Origin: Amphiscolops sp. MND2022
Lineage: Eukaryota
Direction: 5' to 3'
NCBI GenBank assembly: GCA_964187785.1
Contig: OZ076420.1
Span: forward strand, 45,136,001-45,200,000
DNA: 64,000 bases
Positions 13,201 through 24,849 of the stretch are shown here, piece by piece (positions within the stretch are counted from its first letter, which is position 1; every line of letters begins with the position of its first letter). The translations under genes were made by a program, and so were the position numbers. Under the pieces are notes generated by a model that saw nothing but the letters and a program-made list of their open reading frames with translations, had not been told where the DNA came from and did not search any database.

Positions 13201-16200
13201 AACCCTAAATGCCCCCTATTTTGGGTCTTTTTTAAAACATGGAAATTATTTGGAAGTTTTGAAATGATGAAAAGGCGCTGAGTTGAAATTCAATTTGTTC
13301 GAGAAAAATTCTTCCAAGGTGTTATTTTGCGTGGGTTTTGTCTAAATCATAATTCAAATGGTACTTCTCTTGAGTAGAGTTCGATATTAACTACTCTTTA
13401 TAACCACTGTAGCCTTAAAAATAGTTTGGGGACACCCCATTTAATGCATCATAGTTTTTACTTGTTACTCGTAAATTTTTGTCAATTTTTTCTCTTTTTT
13501 TTTAAAGGAAATTAGTGGCCGACCCCTCCGTTGAAGCTTCTACGTCTCACCAGCAAATGCTGAACTCAGTGGCTGTCACTCGAGCGTCTAATCCCACTCC
13601 GAGTGGCGACTCGATGGAGTCCATGGAAATGCTGTGTTCAGCTCCTTTCGTGTCATCTCAGGTGAAATTAAAACACGTTTTTAGCACTCATTCATTACCT
13701 TAAATTATCCGTCTGATTTCCGGCCCAAATGTGTTTGATCAACATTTTTTCGTAGTACATTTTATCATTTTTGGTTAAGTTTATCTTTTTTGTGAAATGA
13801 AGTTTGGTGTTTTTAGGAAATGCTTTCCAAGTTGGTATGGTTGTAAAAAGGACACACGTAGGTGCAACCATTAGGTCCTACTTTCGGTATTCTTCAACGT
13901 CCATGCCAGTTGCTTCTACCTTGGGTGACTATTCCAGGTGTCATGTTTATCGAAGCGTTAGTAGCATGTTAGGCTTCCTGTTTCCAGGCACCTGTCCGAT
14001 CTCAGTCCAGTCCGTTGGAAGAGGAGGAATCTGTTGGAGGGGAGGTGGTCGATGGGGCTCCCAAGAAAGTTACAACTGGACGTTTGGAGTCACCAGCTTT
14101 CTTTGTTGATGATGTGAATGCTAGTGGTGGCAAAACAGCCAAAGAGAAGCAAGCTTTCACCTCCTTAGGTAGTACAATTATTTGACTTTCTTTTATTGTG
14201 TTCAGTGCATTCAATTTATAGACAAGTTTTGGCTTTCTTTTTTCAATTATAAACATTTGTGACACGATTCATCATCATCAAAAATGATTTAAGGTATACT
14301 TGGGAAATGACCATAAATTTTTGGCTTTGATTTTTACTTCTCGTAAGAAATATGCTCGACTACTACAAGGAGTTATTTTTTTCCGTCAGCTGACAATGTG
14401 CCTGAATGGTCCATTTTTTCAACAGACTTTGTTTACGTCATTTGCTTGGCTGTGGGTTCGAATCCAGCACTGATTCCTTAATCAGGTTTTCAATTTTCGA
14501 CGTATTGGTGTACTTGAAGTTAACGGTGAAGTTTTCTGCCAAGAGTGTATTCCTCGTGTCATGAAATAATGATCTGAACTCTTTGGTGCTTAGAAACAAA
14601 AGCAAATATTGGATCGGATTCCGTTAATCAACGGAAAGAAGCGGATGAAGACGAAGATGATGACGTAATAACTAGATCAGCGAAGAAACCATGGAAGGAA
14701 GGAGTTGATAGAAGCAAAAGCAGGAGACGACGGAAGATTCAGTTGATTGCTGACAGTGATTCTGAAGATGATGGCACAGAAACAGGAGGAGTAGGTTCAA
14801 AATTGACGGCTGAAACGGGTAAGTCATGCTGACCTTTTGCGATAACCATATTTAGCTGATGAAAAATGATATTGGAAGCCTCCTGTCTTTTTGTTACATC
14901 AGTTTTGATCATTGACAAAGCAATTAGAAGTAATTTTTAGTTGATTGAGTAATCTTTTGAAGTACGTTCTGAAACTGCAGTATATTTGGCAGACTAACTT
15001 TTTTAAAGAACAAGAAAAGGACCCCGCGTACCGAAACCGTGATTTGGTGTAGAGAGATTTTGTGCTCTTATAACAAGGAGGGTGTGTCAATGAAAAGAGT
15101 TTGGGTGTCAGTACGCTGCAAGCTTCAGAGCCTCCTTACAGTGTCAATAACGGTCCCATGAAATAAACTTGGAAAACATTGGCAAATGGAGGGTAATTTA
15201 TAAATTAGGACAGACAACTCTTAATCTTCGGCAGGTTTCAAAATCTTCTAAAATATAAAGTGTAAAATTTGGTCGTTAAGCATTGAGACATGGCTACAGG
15301 TGACATGCTCACGGCAGAGGTGGACAAGACAGTGACTCAGCTCGCAGCTGGTCTTGTCTCCGTGGGTCAGAACAAGACTGACAATGCTGGCAACATGGAC
15401 GATACCGCTTACAGTGTGAAGCTGTTTTCTGAGTCCACCGGGAGTGTCATGAATCTCACCACCGGGCAACAGGATACTTCCGCTGCTAGTGACCGAGTTT
15501 TTCAACAGTGAGTTGACATCTGTTGTTGATGCAATGTAAACTTCTAAAAGTTGAGCAGTTCGACTGTGCTAAGAAATATGAATTGAGATTTTAATTCGAC
15601 TAAATTTCTTTCCCTCAATGTACCGAATCACCAATTTCTTTCCTCGAAGTGCAAAATGTCGCTTCCAAGTAGAAACATGGAAACTTAGCTGCATTGTTCC
15701 AGTAGTCACTCCTTTGTTTTTTTTTGCGCTTTTATGTTTGAAATATGAAGTATATCAAGTATTTCATCGTTATAAGATGTATTTCCATCTACTATATTTA
15801 GTATATAGGGCATTGTCTTTCAAAGATCTTACGGTTTCATTCAGTTGAGTAACGGACTGATTGATACAACTTGAACAAAAGTGTGAAAACAAGTGAGAAA
15901 TTTGAAGTTTGAAGTAGTTCAAATCGATCTTTTGAGTCGTCATTGACAATATGCTCTTCTGTTGCAGAAAGGGCGCAGTTGAAGACGACATGATGTCTGT
16001 GATGTCGGAAGCCCCAGACAAGCAGCAACAATCAGCCCCTCGATTGAGAAGAGTGGTGTTGGACGAAGAAGACAGCAGCGACGAAGATGCAGACGACGAG
16101 GGGGCTGAGTCGGGGGAAGACGACGACCAAGGTGAGGAGGGAGAGGGCGAGGGTGAAGACGGGGACGAGGGAGGATACGAGGACTCGGAGGCAGAGGAAG

Positions 16201-19200
16201 AGGGCGAAGGGAGAGAGAGGGTGAACGAAGAGTTGCTGGAGTTCAGACGAGGCATGGAAATGCAGTAAGGGTAACAACACCCTATTTACTAACTTTGGTG
16301 ACCCCATGTGCAAGGGTGTTCTGTTCAACTTTTGGGGTTCAAAATTTTGACCCTGATTGTACTAATCGTATCTGACCTCGAAAGGTGACTTAGAAATGTT
16401 TAATTTAGAAGCATTATGAATTCTCAGACCTTCGCTCATTGTATCGTTTCCAATTTTTCAATCACACGTCTCGATATAATTTGTGTCCCGGCTAACGAAA
16501 AATCAGAGCAATGAGTTCGAAATCTTGATATTTATTTATTCATTCAGATTGCTTTTTTAGTCGGCGCTTTTCGAAGAAAAACGCAGACTATAGTAGTGAC
16601 TTTTTTTAAGACCAACGAACTGACAGATTTTATAAATTTTATAAGTAAGCACTAACACTGCTGTCTGGCACTAACACTAAACCAAACTGGCATAGAGGTT
16701 ACGGCTTTTTGAGGTCTGCCAAGCGGAAGGACATGGGTTCGAGTCCCGCCCTTGACCAAATTTTTTAGGTGTAGATTTTTTTCGGCTTTGTGAGACTTTT
16801 TTTCGCAATTTTTTTAATGTCTCCGAAGGGTCCACTTTTCATTTTTTCCCTATTTTGCAAAAGAATGGATGTTGAAAAACAGCCGAAGGGTCCCTTTTAC
16901 ATTTTTCGGTACAATGCGACTTACCAGAAACTTCAAAAAAATTCAAAAAATTTTTGAAATTTTTTTTGGGTACTGTAGAGGAGAGTACTTGACACTTTGA
17001 AGTCCTTTTGCTATTTTTGAGCCTTAGATATGGCGCCGACTTAGGCCGTTCCCGGCTTGTTGGTTAAGCGTTGAAATAATAGCGGTCAATTTTTGTTCGA
17101 TCGTTTTTACTTCGGATTCCTTGAACAACAAGAAGTTCATATTAATTTTTGTTGGACATTTTCTTTTGTAAAAAAAAAAACGATTTGAATCTATTGAATG
17201 GAAGCATTTTAAAACTTTTTTTGTGTGTTGAAGAGCCAAAATGAAGGAATTCTTCGAAGACGAGGCCGAACTGTCGGGCAGTGACGCAGGCCAAGGGGGC
17301 TCCGACGATGAGGGAGACTTCGGGGACCTGAACCCGAATGAGTACGAGAAGGAAGGCATCGATGACGAACTCAAAGTCTCCAACAAGCAGCTCATGGATG
17401 AGAACGGGCGACTCCTATTGGACGAAATGCTCAGCGAGGATCAGAGGAACCTCAAACTGCTCCAGGAGTTCTTGATTGGAGACGACGAGGATGATGGCAT
17501 GCAAAGAGTGCGAAGATTCATTTGGCGAGGACTTGGTTAGCAAAAATTTGAAGTTTCGCTTGGTTCTGGTGTTTTTTGTTTTCTGTGAGATGCTGAAATT
17601 GAGGGAAAGTCTCTAAAATTGATAGAATCAACTGTGAATCATTTTTTCAGTTGAAATGAAATGGTCGATTTGGTAACACTTATAGTCCTATTGGGAAAAA
17701 TCGATTGCATTGAATGTAGAAATAAGAAATCAGAAACTGCACCTACAAGACATCCAAAACCGACATAAAAGATCTGTTCAGCTCGTAGAATCGCGCCCTT
17801 GAGAATGAATACTTAGAGACGAAGGGAAACCAGAGACAACGCTTGGAAACTTTGGTTTTGAAAAGTCATTTTTGTGAAATTTTCAAATTTGTTTGTTGTC
17901 GACAACGTATGAGACTGATACGCAAACTGAATTTTGCAGAGTTTTGTAAAATTTTATATGATTTGGTAAACAGTTGAATGTTGTGAGCCATGTGTAATCT
18001 ACTACCCGCGCGTTTATCAGAGAATGATTATCGTTTTGTTCAAATGAATGTTTCTCACAGACGAGAACGACGGTTCCCTCCTGTTTCACAACGCCGATGA
18101 CTCAGACGAAGACGATCAGCAATTTCTGGACCCCACGGCCAAAACTGCGTTCATGACAAACATGGCTGCTGCCATTGGCGCTGTGCAAGACCTCTCTGAA
18201 CAAACTGGATCCACTGCAAGAGCTCGTCTGGAACTCAGTCAATGGCTGCAGTCTCAGCAGGCCTCGATCCAGTTGCAGAATGCACATGAGAAACATCTGG
18301 AAAGCTCCCAGTCTCAGGCGGCTGTCAAGGCAATACAGAAGCTCAAAATGAAGACTGCCTCGTTCTTCTCAGCGTCTCAGCAGAGTGATCCAACAAACCC
18401 TCAAGGTTAGTTTCTTCTTAAATGTAACGTTTGATCAGTTGTGGAATTAGAAACAATCGTTTCTTCTGGACTGTTTTACTGTTCAATGTATTTTGATTTC
18501 CTTGATGGTTTCATTTTAAAAATGCGTATTTTAGAAAATTGTTAACCATCGAGAGTCAAAATGTTTAGCCAAGTTGACGTTTTTCGTCTCACGGTACATC
18601 TACGATCCACAGGCTCTCAAAATTCTAGACTTTGGAGTTGAATACACCACAAAAACCAGTGTGAAAAGGAAACAGGCTATTGTAAAAATCAATATGAAAA
18701 CGAAATTCAAGCTGTCAAGAAGACATTTCTCTACCGAATTAAACTGATTCATTTGCTCATTCATTCAGTTCCTCCGATTGATTATTTCTTTTGCGTAGGT
18801 GCTTTGGGTGCTAATGGAAACATGGGTGTGGTGGATCCACATACAGTTTCCGGTGGCACAGGAGGCTCAGCAGGAGCAGTGATGACGACAACCAGAACTT
18901 CGGCTGCGGCTCCTGCAGAATGGAGTACTATGCCCATTAGTCATTACTTCAAACGCAGCTCTTCTTCATTGTCTTCCGATACCTTGGTGAGTCTCTCGTT
19001 TCAACAGTATACAGTTCTAATTCCCCATTATCATTGCAATTAGAATCTGTCAAATGTTACGTTTAGAAAGTCTCCTTAGTTCATGAAAATTTAGAAACAA
19101 GAACCAATGTGGATTTCAACAATTTATTAATATTTCTGCTTTAGCAGGAATATTATTGATATCTGGAAGCGTCTACTTTTTTTTCAGAACAATTTTTCGG

Positions 19201-22200
19201 ACGATCTGAATAATTCAGATATTTTGTTCGGCAGTGAGTGTAAGCGAGAGATTTAAATTCAATTCTAGTGCGATGGAACGAGCGAGTGGTAGTTATCCAT
19301 TCGTATGCTGACGTCATTGAGATGAAGCGAGCGAATGTTCGTAATTGTGCTTTCGTTGCCCCGAGTTATTGAGATGAAGCGAATGAGTGTTAATTATTCG
19401 TTCGTTGAGAGCTTCGCCTGCATTCAAATGCGAATGCGAAACTTCGTCTACGCTTAGTAGTTATATTTTCTTTAGTCCGAGAAGAATTAAAGGCGGTGTA
19501 AACTTGTACAGTGATTACATGTAATTGTGCGCTAAATAATGATTAAACAAGAGTGTATTGGTATTCCAGATATGATTCTTTTATTAATGAATTTTTTTGT
19601 TTCAAAAAAAAATAAAGATTAAAGCAGAAATAGTACTGAGCCCCGGAGGGGCCTATTTTTTTAGAAATGGTAATCAACAGGTGTTTGTTAAACATCAGCA
19701 TTTGATGGTCTACCACATTCCACGTTTCCTTTGGAAAACATGCAGAATTTGCCGTATGATCTTGACATTTGGAGGGATTTTTCAGATTACTAATTTTAGT
19801 AGAAGCCCGAATAAAGTCAACTCATAATTATCCAATTTTTTGGGATCGTCACTGACGCTGCAAAGAGGCGCAAAAAATTTTCGTTTAGCAACTCGCCCCC
19901 TGTGTAATATGGGCGCATAAAACATTGTCAATCTACGGATCTGTGGTTTCGATGCGCTCTGTCCTTATAATAAAGTCTGATATAACTAATTGAATGCGAT
20001 GCACCGGTTTTGTCTCGAGCTAATTTTCTGAAACAAATCTCGGTTAATTGAGTCGTGAAATGTGGATTTGCTCGTGCATTTAATCTCAAAATCAGAAAAT
20101 TTGGCTAATTGTCCCATAGTTAACAGTTATGTCCCGATAGTTGAAATTAGGTGCAAAATGCCTAAAAGCAAATAGACCCTAGTAGCAAACGTCCTGTAAC
20201 CGATTCACCACCAGCGTGTGGAATGAAGACCAATTTATAATTTGCACTTGTAACCTTGGATTGTATGCCCCTATCGAATAATTTCATGCCTAGTATACCC
20301 CTGTGCTGTTGTTTTTACCACTAGTTACAAGTTTCCCTCTTTCACATGATTAATGGCTGAACCTTCTCTTGAAAGTCCTAATTAAAATGAAAATTGTTTC
20401 AAAGTCAAACTAACAAGCTTGCGGAGCTTTTTCAAGCGAAACTTCTGAGAAATAAATGAATTTCAAGTAAACTAAATAAGTCATTGAATCTTTGTAATCA
20501 TATTAATCATGTTGTTGCAACAGATCCTTTGCAGTGTGTGTTGTTAGATAAGGAAAAACTAATATACATATAAATCTTTCTTGAACTTTGATGAACAATA
20601 CAGTTTTTATGATAAATTCATCAATTGCAATTCAAGTTTTTCAATCAAATCTTTCTCTTATCTTGCATGTCGTAACATCTAAAACCATTTCATCTTTCAA
20701 AGTAAGAAATGTCCTATGAACTCGGAAGATCTTTTCTTTTTAAATCCTGAAAGAACCTTACAGTTGATTTTCAAGCTGTAATAAAATTGAATTGCATTGA
20801 TGTTTTTGATGGTTTGCGTCCTTGCAAAAGCCTTTGATTTTCATTTTTTTCTGATTTCGTTTTGCTAAAGCATTCTTGGGGTTTGATCAAAAAGGTGCTT
20901 TTTGAAGTTTTTTCTTTTTTGGAGGTATGTGTCTCTAAGTCTATTGGCAATAACGTCTCTGAAGTGAAAACCTTTCAAGCTGAAATACACTTTGAAACAA
21001 GTTGAAAAACGCATTGTGGGCCAGTTGTTCTTTTGCTTAAGCAAATTTCTTTTTAGTTAAGCTTTCAGTTCTCCCTTGCGAATGTTCTAGAAGATCTCTC
21101 ATTTATATTGTTAAATTGCCAACAGTTGCTGTCCAAAGTGTGACAATGTAGTAGTGGTACGATGAAATGATGAATACTGTTTGTAAATAATTACTGGTAC
21201 TTTGTCTAAATCTTTGACTTGTTCGAGTCTGACTTTGCGAAAGCTTTTCAAAACAGGAAATCATTCAGTTGCATTCATCAATACACATTTTCACCTCAAA
21301 TTGTTTTTGCAAAAGTCTTTGAGCTTCACGTCAACATACAGATTTACCTGTGAATGTTGACCTGTGTACGAAACACAGGACCCCTGCTTCCTGAAAGTTT
21401 CATTTTAACCCAACGATTAATTTTTGAAGTCATTCTAGTGATAATTACTTGTTAATACACAAAACCATGTTTTCGTCACAAACGGGCAGGTATCTTCATA
21501 GAAGTTCATTTCTATAGAAGTTTGATGGCCTTGTGTTGTTTCAGTTTCGACATAGTTCGCTGTTGAAGCGAGCAGCAGAACGTTTGTCGATAGTGGCCGA
21601 CAAGTTGAGAGAAAAATCTTCCTCGAATGCCTCCTCATCCGTGCTAAAGCCAGTAGTTGACACCAAGAACATGGTTTTCAAGCCCAAATCAGAAACCCAC
21701 AACTCAGCCAACATCAAACGCAAATCCAATTTAGTGAGTAGATTGAACTTATCATCAAGTAAACTGTTTTTCCTTCAGACTTTCTCCCCTTTCTATAAAT
21801 ACGTGAACTAAAAGCCCCACTTTTAAATTTTTGGGATTGACATTTTGCCTGGTTTTTCAACTTGAGTATGACCATGAGACGATCATATGAGACCAATGTT
21901 TTTTCTTGTATTCTCTTCAAACTGGGTAGGCTTCATGTCACATCATTTTTAGAATGCGCTGATGATTCATTTGTATTGTTTACTCTGAAATACAGTTTCT
22001 GATTTTTTTTCGATTTTCGAAACTGAAACTTGCTGAGTTCTCAAATATCCTAGTTCCTAAAAAAAGTTTTTTTTTAAAAAAATAATTGTTTTCACCAGGA
22101 TGAAATCACAGCTTCCGGAGGCGGTGTCCCAAAGAAGAAGAAACAGAAGTTAGACATCAGCAGCAGAATTTCCAGTTCAAAATCTTTCATTTTAGACAAC

Positions 22201-22209
22201 TTGGACTAA
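1205..22209 (+). CDS. CLSPN: Claspin (Mrc1-like replication checkpoint mediator). 17 coding exons: 1205-1568, 2404-2863, 3524-3727, 5868-6076, 7961-8210, 10224-10440, 12694-13133, 13508-13661, 13988-14168, 14594-14818, 15300-15507, 15968-16264, 17234-17535, 18061-18405, 18799-18986, 21545-21733, 22099-22209; about 1447 aa
   Basis: Exons join with consistent phases (total 4344 nt, divisible by 3). Recalled Claspin-like blocks appear in the correct order: KLHSESQRIMR-TGALKLP; LIERFTLHS; PPGRGRFLLKGKLRDCM..RERHE followed by an acidic tract; C(S/T)GxF-like repeats; FFEDEAELSGSD..EYEKEGIDDEL..LSEDQRNLKLLQE..RVRRFIWRGLD; RHSSLLKR..DTKNMVF; C-terminal FILDNLD*. A few internal exon edges (e.g. 15300) are less certain. 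Confidence 0.88.
4093..4564. mobile_element. piggyBac-like MITE (TTAA target-site duplication), Claspin intron 3
   Basis: Flanked by TTAA at 4089-4092 and 4565-4568. Termini CCCTAAATGGAC / GGTCTATTTAGGG are near-perfect inverted repeats. The body is similar to 6392..6919. Confidence 0.85.
4975..5290 (+). mobile_element. Degenerate copy of the HINE-like family 1 with a tRNA-like Pol III cassette
   Basis: TGGCATAGAGG (A-box-like) ... CTGCCAAGCAGAAGGACATGGGTTCGAGTC (B-box) closely matches 16686..16750. Downstream sequence resembles family-1 internal repeats; termini are not clear. Confidence 0.5.
6392..6919. mobile_element. piggyBac-like MITE, second copy, Claspin intron 4
   Basis: TTAA at 6388-6391 and 6920-6923; perfect 14-bp TIR CCCTAAATGGACCA / TGGTCCATTTAGGG; same family as 4093..4564 with an extra internal segment. 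Confidence 0.88.
7060..7557 (+). mobile_element. Non-autonomous Helentron/DINE-1-like element (HINE-like family 1)
   Basis: T-run, then 5' subTIR AGTCGGCGC (7063) with a nearby partial inverted repeat (TGAAACGCGACT); internal tandem GGGTCCCCC-containing units; 3' subTIR GCGCCGACT (7530); hairpin AGACG-TTCT-CGTCT; TGT plus T-run. Confidence 0.78.
8506..8991 (+). mobile_element. HINE-like family 1 copy
   Basis: TTTTTTAGTCGGCGC at 8503-8517; GCGCCGACT at 8964 followed by GAGGCGTTCTCGTCTTGT and a T-run; shared internal repeats. Confidence 0.78.
11216..11739 (-). mobile_element. HINE-like family 1 copy (reverse orientation)
   Basis: Starts ACAAGCCGGGACCGGCCCAAGTCGGCGCC; ends CGCGTTTCACTCCATGAAGCGCCTACTAAAAA; same internal units as the other copies. 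Confidence 0.78.
11741..11976 (-). mobile_element. HINE-like family 2 copy containing a tRNA-Gly(GCC)-like segment
   Basis: Ends ACAGACGCCCGCTAAGCACCGGGATATTTTCCGC ... GTGGGCGGAAAAT, with subterminal inverted ATTTTCCGC/GCGGAAAAT; the same ends occur at 26474..26849. It directly abuts the family-1 copy. Confidence 0.62.
11791..11861 (-). pseudogene. tRNA-Gly(GCC)-like relic inside a repeat
   Basis: Minus strand CCGTGGCACAGTTGGTAGTGCGTCTGCCTGCCAGGCACGAGGTCATGGGTTCGAACCC: perfect D-stem GCAC/GTGC, loop CT-GCC-AG and a B-box, but mismatched anticodon, T and acceptor stems. Confidence 0.62.
12020..12370 (+). repeat. Dispersed repeat that hosts the 12077 MITE; paralog at about 19310..19535 in reverse orientation
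   Basis: GCGCACAATTTACACCGCCTTTGATTCTACTCGGACGAAAGAAAATAC and GCATTCGAATGCCGGCGAAGCTCTC..TCGTTCGCTTCATCTC match the reverse complement of 19310..19535. Confidence 0.7.
12077..12262. mobile_element. pogo/Tigger (Tc1-mariner)-like MITE with TA TSD, nested in an older dispersed repeat
   Basis: TA-CAGTCGGACCTCG ... CGAGGTCCGACTG-TA (13-bp perfect TIR). The empty site is visible in the paralogous repeat at about 19450-19480 (- strand). Confidence 0.88.
16556..17060 (+). mobile_element. HINE-like family 1 copy with a tRNA-like Pol III cassette at 16686..16750
   Basis: TTTTTTAGTCGGCGC start; GCGCCGACTTAGGCCGTTCCCGGCTTGT end; internal TGGCATAGAGG...CTGCCAAGCGGAAGGACATGGGTTCGAGTCCC. Confidence 0.8.
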
Positions 22210-23367
22210 CCCTTTTAGCCTAAATTGTTTTTGTGTCTTGTTCCAAATGTGCTATTATTGCTTTTTGTTCATTGTTTTATTTTTTTTCTCTTACGTCTGT
22301 GAGGGTCTGAATTACCTCCTAAGCTGAAGTTGAAGTGTTTTTCTTGAATTTATTTAGTATTTTATTTTTGAATGAACAATAATTTAGTTGCGGCATTCCA
22401 AACTATGATCGAACTTATTTTTTCTTGCTCATATTGTAGCAACAAAATTGAAGCTTGTGAAATAATTCATTAAAGATTCATTAGTGCTGGTTCATTTAGT
22501 GAAAATCTTTCCAGCGAAATGAATTTTTCACGTAATACTGATGTTTACGTGTTTCGGCTTGATTTGTTTTAGTAGCCCTCAAAAGTTTCAAAATATACGA
22601 ATTGACTTTTTGCCATGATGAATTTTACTCCTTAAAAATTGCTTTATGCTTCTTTTTGTTCGTGTACATTGTGACGTCATGAAAACGGAATTTGAGCTAT
22701 AATAATTGTACTCTAGGATTACGTGGATCGATTAGATCAAAGTTTGGAAGTTGTTGGAATTGAAATAGTAGAAACAAGTGAATGTTTTGAACTGTCTTGA
22801 TCATTTGTTTTCTATTTTTTGTCTTCTTTAATTAACATATTTCCATATACTTGGAACTTTTCCTTGAGTGTCTTTAGCAATTTGCAAGCACCAGAATGTA
22901 ATGTTCGAAAACAAGGCAAAATATACTTGTTAGTGGCAAATTGGAAACAAATGTTTTGTAATGACCTGAAAGTTTCCCTAATTGACAATTGACAAGTCTA
23001 CATGTCAGAAGAACTATTTAGAAAGCAATTGGCCGCTTGAACTGAACATAGCATCGTCTAATTGCAAACAGGAGGCTTGCAACCCTCTATCTTGCCCAGG
23101 ACGTTCTCAAACAAATTTGTAGAACTTCGAAACATTCCTCAAACCAAAGTTTTCTATAATGAAAAGTCCCAAGTTTGAATAATGAAAGCACCTTTGAATG
23201 TTGTCTTTTTGCCTAAGTCTGCAGGCGAAAAATTTCATGTTTTGAAGATTTTTGCTCCATTTTTAGCTGACGTTTTTTTTACAGTGCGAGACTCATACAG
23301 TAGCAACTATTTTCTCCAACTCACTAGTGGCCACTCTTTACACTCCTCGGGAAATTTCTCAGATGTG

Positions 23368-23441
23368 ACGGTCTATGACTCAGCGGTTAGAGCTCTGGCT
23401 TGGAGAGCCAAAAGCCACGGTTTCAAATCACGCTAAGCGCC
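23368..23441 (+). pseudogene. Degenerate tRNA-like sequence (anticodon loop TT-GGA-GA)
   Basis: D-arm-like ACTCAGCGGTTAGAG, stem TGGC/GCCA around TTGGAGA, and a degenerate T-loop GGTTTCAAATC; acceptor stem not formed. Confidence 0.45.
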
Positions 23442-23723
23442 AATGTTCGCTTTCAACTTGAACTCTAGAAATATGAACTTTGGATATAACGTACAAATAG
23501 TATAATACGGATAAATCATTGAATTTTTAGGTATTGCGCTACTTTTTGTTTTTTTTTGCATCTTGCCAGATGGAAAATAGGGGTTTCGAATATAGTCAAC
23601 TTTGAAATGTTTTTTTTGGCATTTTCGATAGAAAAAGAAGACTAGTATTGGATTTTTAAAAACTGCTCAAACTTAGATTTTATAAGATATTCTTAAAATT
23701 TCTCCTTTGTCGTCTCGCTACTT

Positions 23724-23794
23724 GGGATTTGGCCTAGTGGGTAGGGTGCGTGCTTCCCGAGCAAGAAGTCGTGGATTCGAATCCCGCACCGGCT
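23724..23794 (+). pseudogene. tRNA-Gly(CCC)-like relic or SINE head
   Basis: TGGCCTAGTGGGTAGGGTGCGTGC-TTCCCGA-GCAAGAAGTCGTGGATTCGAATCCCGC: A-box, CCC anticodon loop and B-box-like motif, with stem mismatches. Confidence 0.58.
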
Positions 23795-24577
23795 TGAAAA
23801 CGTTGGTTAAAGTCTGCAAAACTAGACTAGGTCATAAGCCCCACCTTCAATGAACATTTCAAGTTTCTCAAACTAAGCATACAATTTTTTATAAAATTAC
23901 CACAGTCAATCTACATTGAAAAACATGAAAATCGACATGAAAAACAGCCAAAAATAGTCCAAAAATGACCAAAAGTACGTAATTTGTTTTTCTATAATTT
24001 AATCTGTTTCTGACTCCTTTGTCGCCCTTGCGACTCTGGTTTGTCTTATGCTCTCTTCTTCCAAGCTACTATCAACGTACCGTTCCAACGTTAGTGACTA
24101 TGTGGAAACGAATGAGCGTATTCCATTCTCTCTTCCAATAAATTTGACCAAGTTCGCCCTTAGAGCCATTGCTCTTGCTCAAGGAATAGTTTAAAAAAAT
24201 CATGTGTCAAAATCTGAATACAGCTATCGAGTGTTTCACGAAGATGGTCAGAAAATTGTTTAATGCCCTAGATTATTCTGCATTGTAATACAAAAAAATT
24301 AGGTACCTGATTTTTTACAGAAAACACACAAGCAATGTCTTTGATTTTTCAATCTACAAAAATTGTGATCAAAATAACAAACTTTGTACAAAATCTAGTC
24401 ATCAAATCGCAATTTTGTGAAATTTGTCGTTTTTTTAAAGTTTCTATAACCCTGGGTAAAAAGCTATTATCAATATTCGTACTTTCCAAAAAAAACATTC
24501 TGAAAAACTCGGAAAATTGTCACTGTCTTAAGATGGGCCCTTTCTTGGAAGTTCTTGGAAGTAGTCGCATAGAGAAA

Positions 24578-24849
24578 ACAAGCCGGGACCGACACAAGTC
24601 GGCGCCATATTTAAGGCTCAAAAATAACGAAAAAAATTGCACACTTTAGGGGGACACTTTAGTCTCGCCCGGTATTGTATGATACGCGGAAAAAAATCTT
24701 TTTGGTTCAGTTCCCTGGGCCAATAGGTACAATTTAAGATTTTGTAGAACTTTTGGTGGAACTATTTTGGTCACTTCAGGTGTATCGAAAAAAAAACAAA
24801 AAACCATGACTATAGTTGACTCTTTTCTCAAAAAAAGCGCCGACAAAAA
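24578..24849 (-). mobile_element. Short (internally deleted) HINE-like family 1 copy
   Basis: ACAAGCCGGGACCGACACAAGTCGGCGCC ... AAAAGCGCCGACAAAAA; most of the internal tandem units are missing. Confidence 0.72.

Noticed and set aside
20400-21450. Coding-like minus-strand relic in Claspin intron 15
   Set aside because: Fragmented by stops; could not be assigned to any family without a search.
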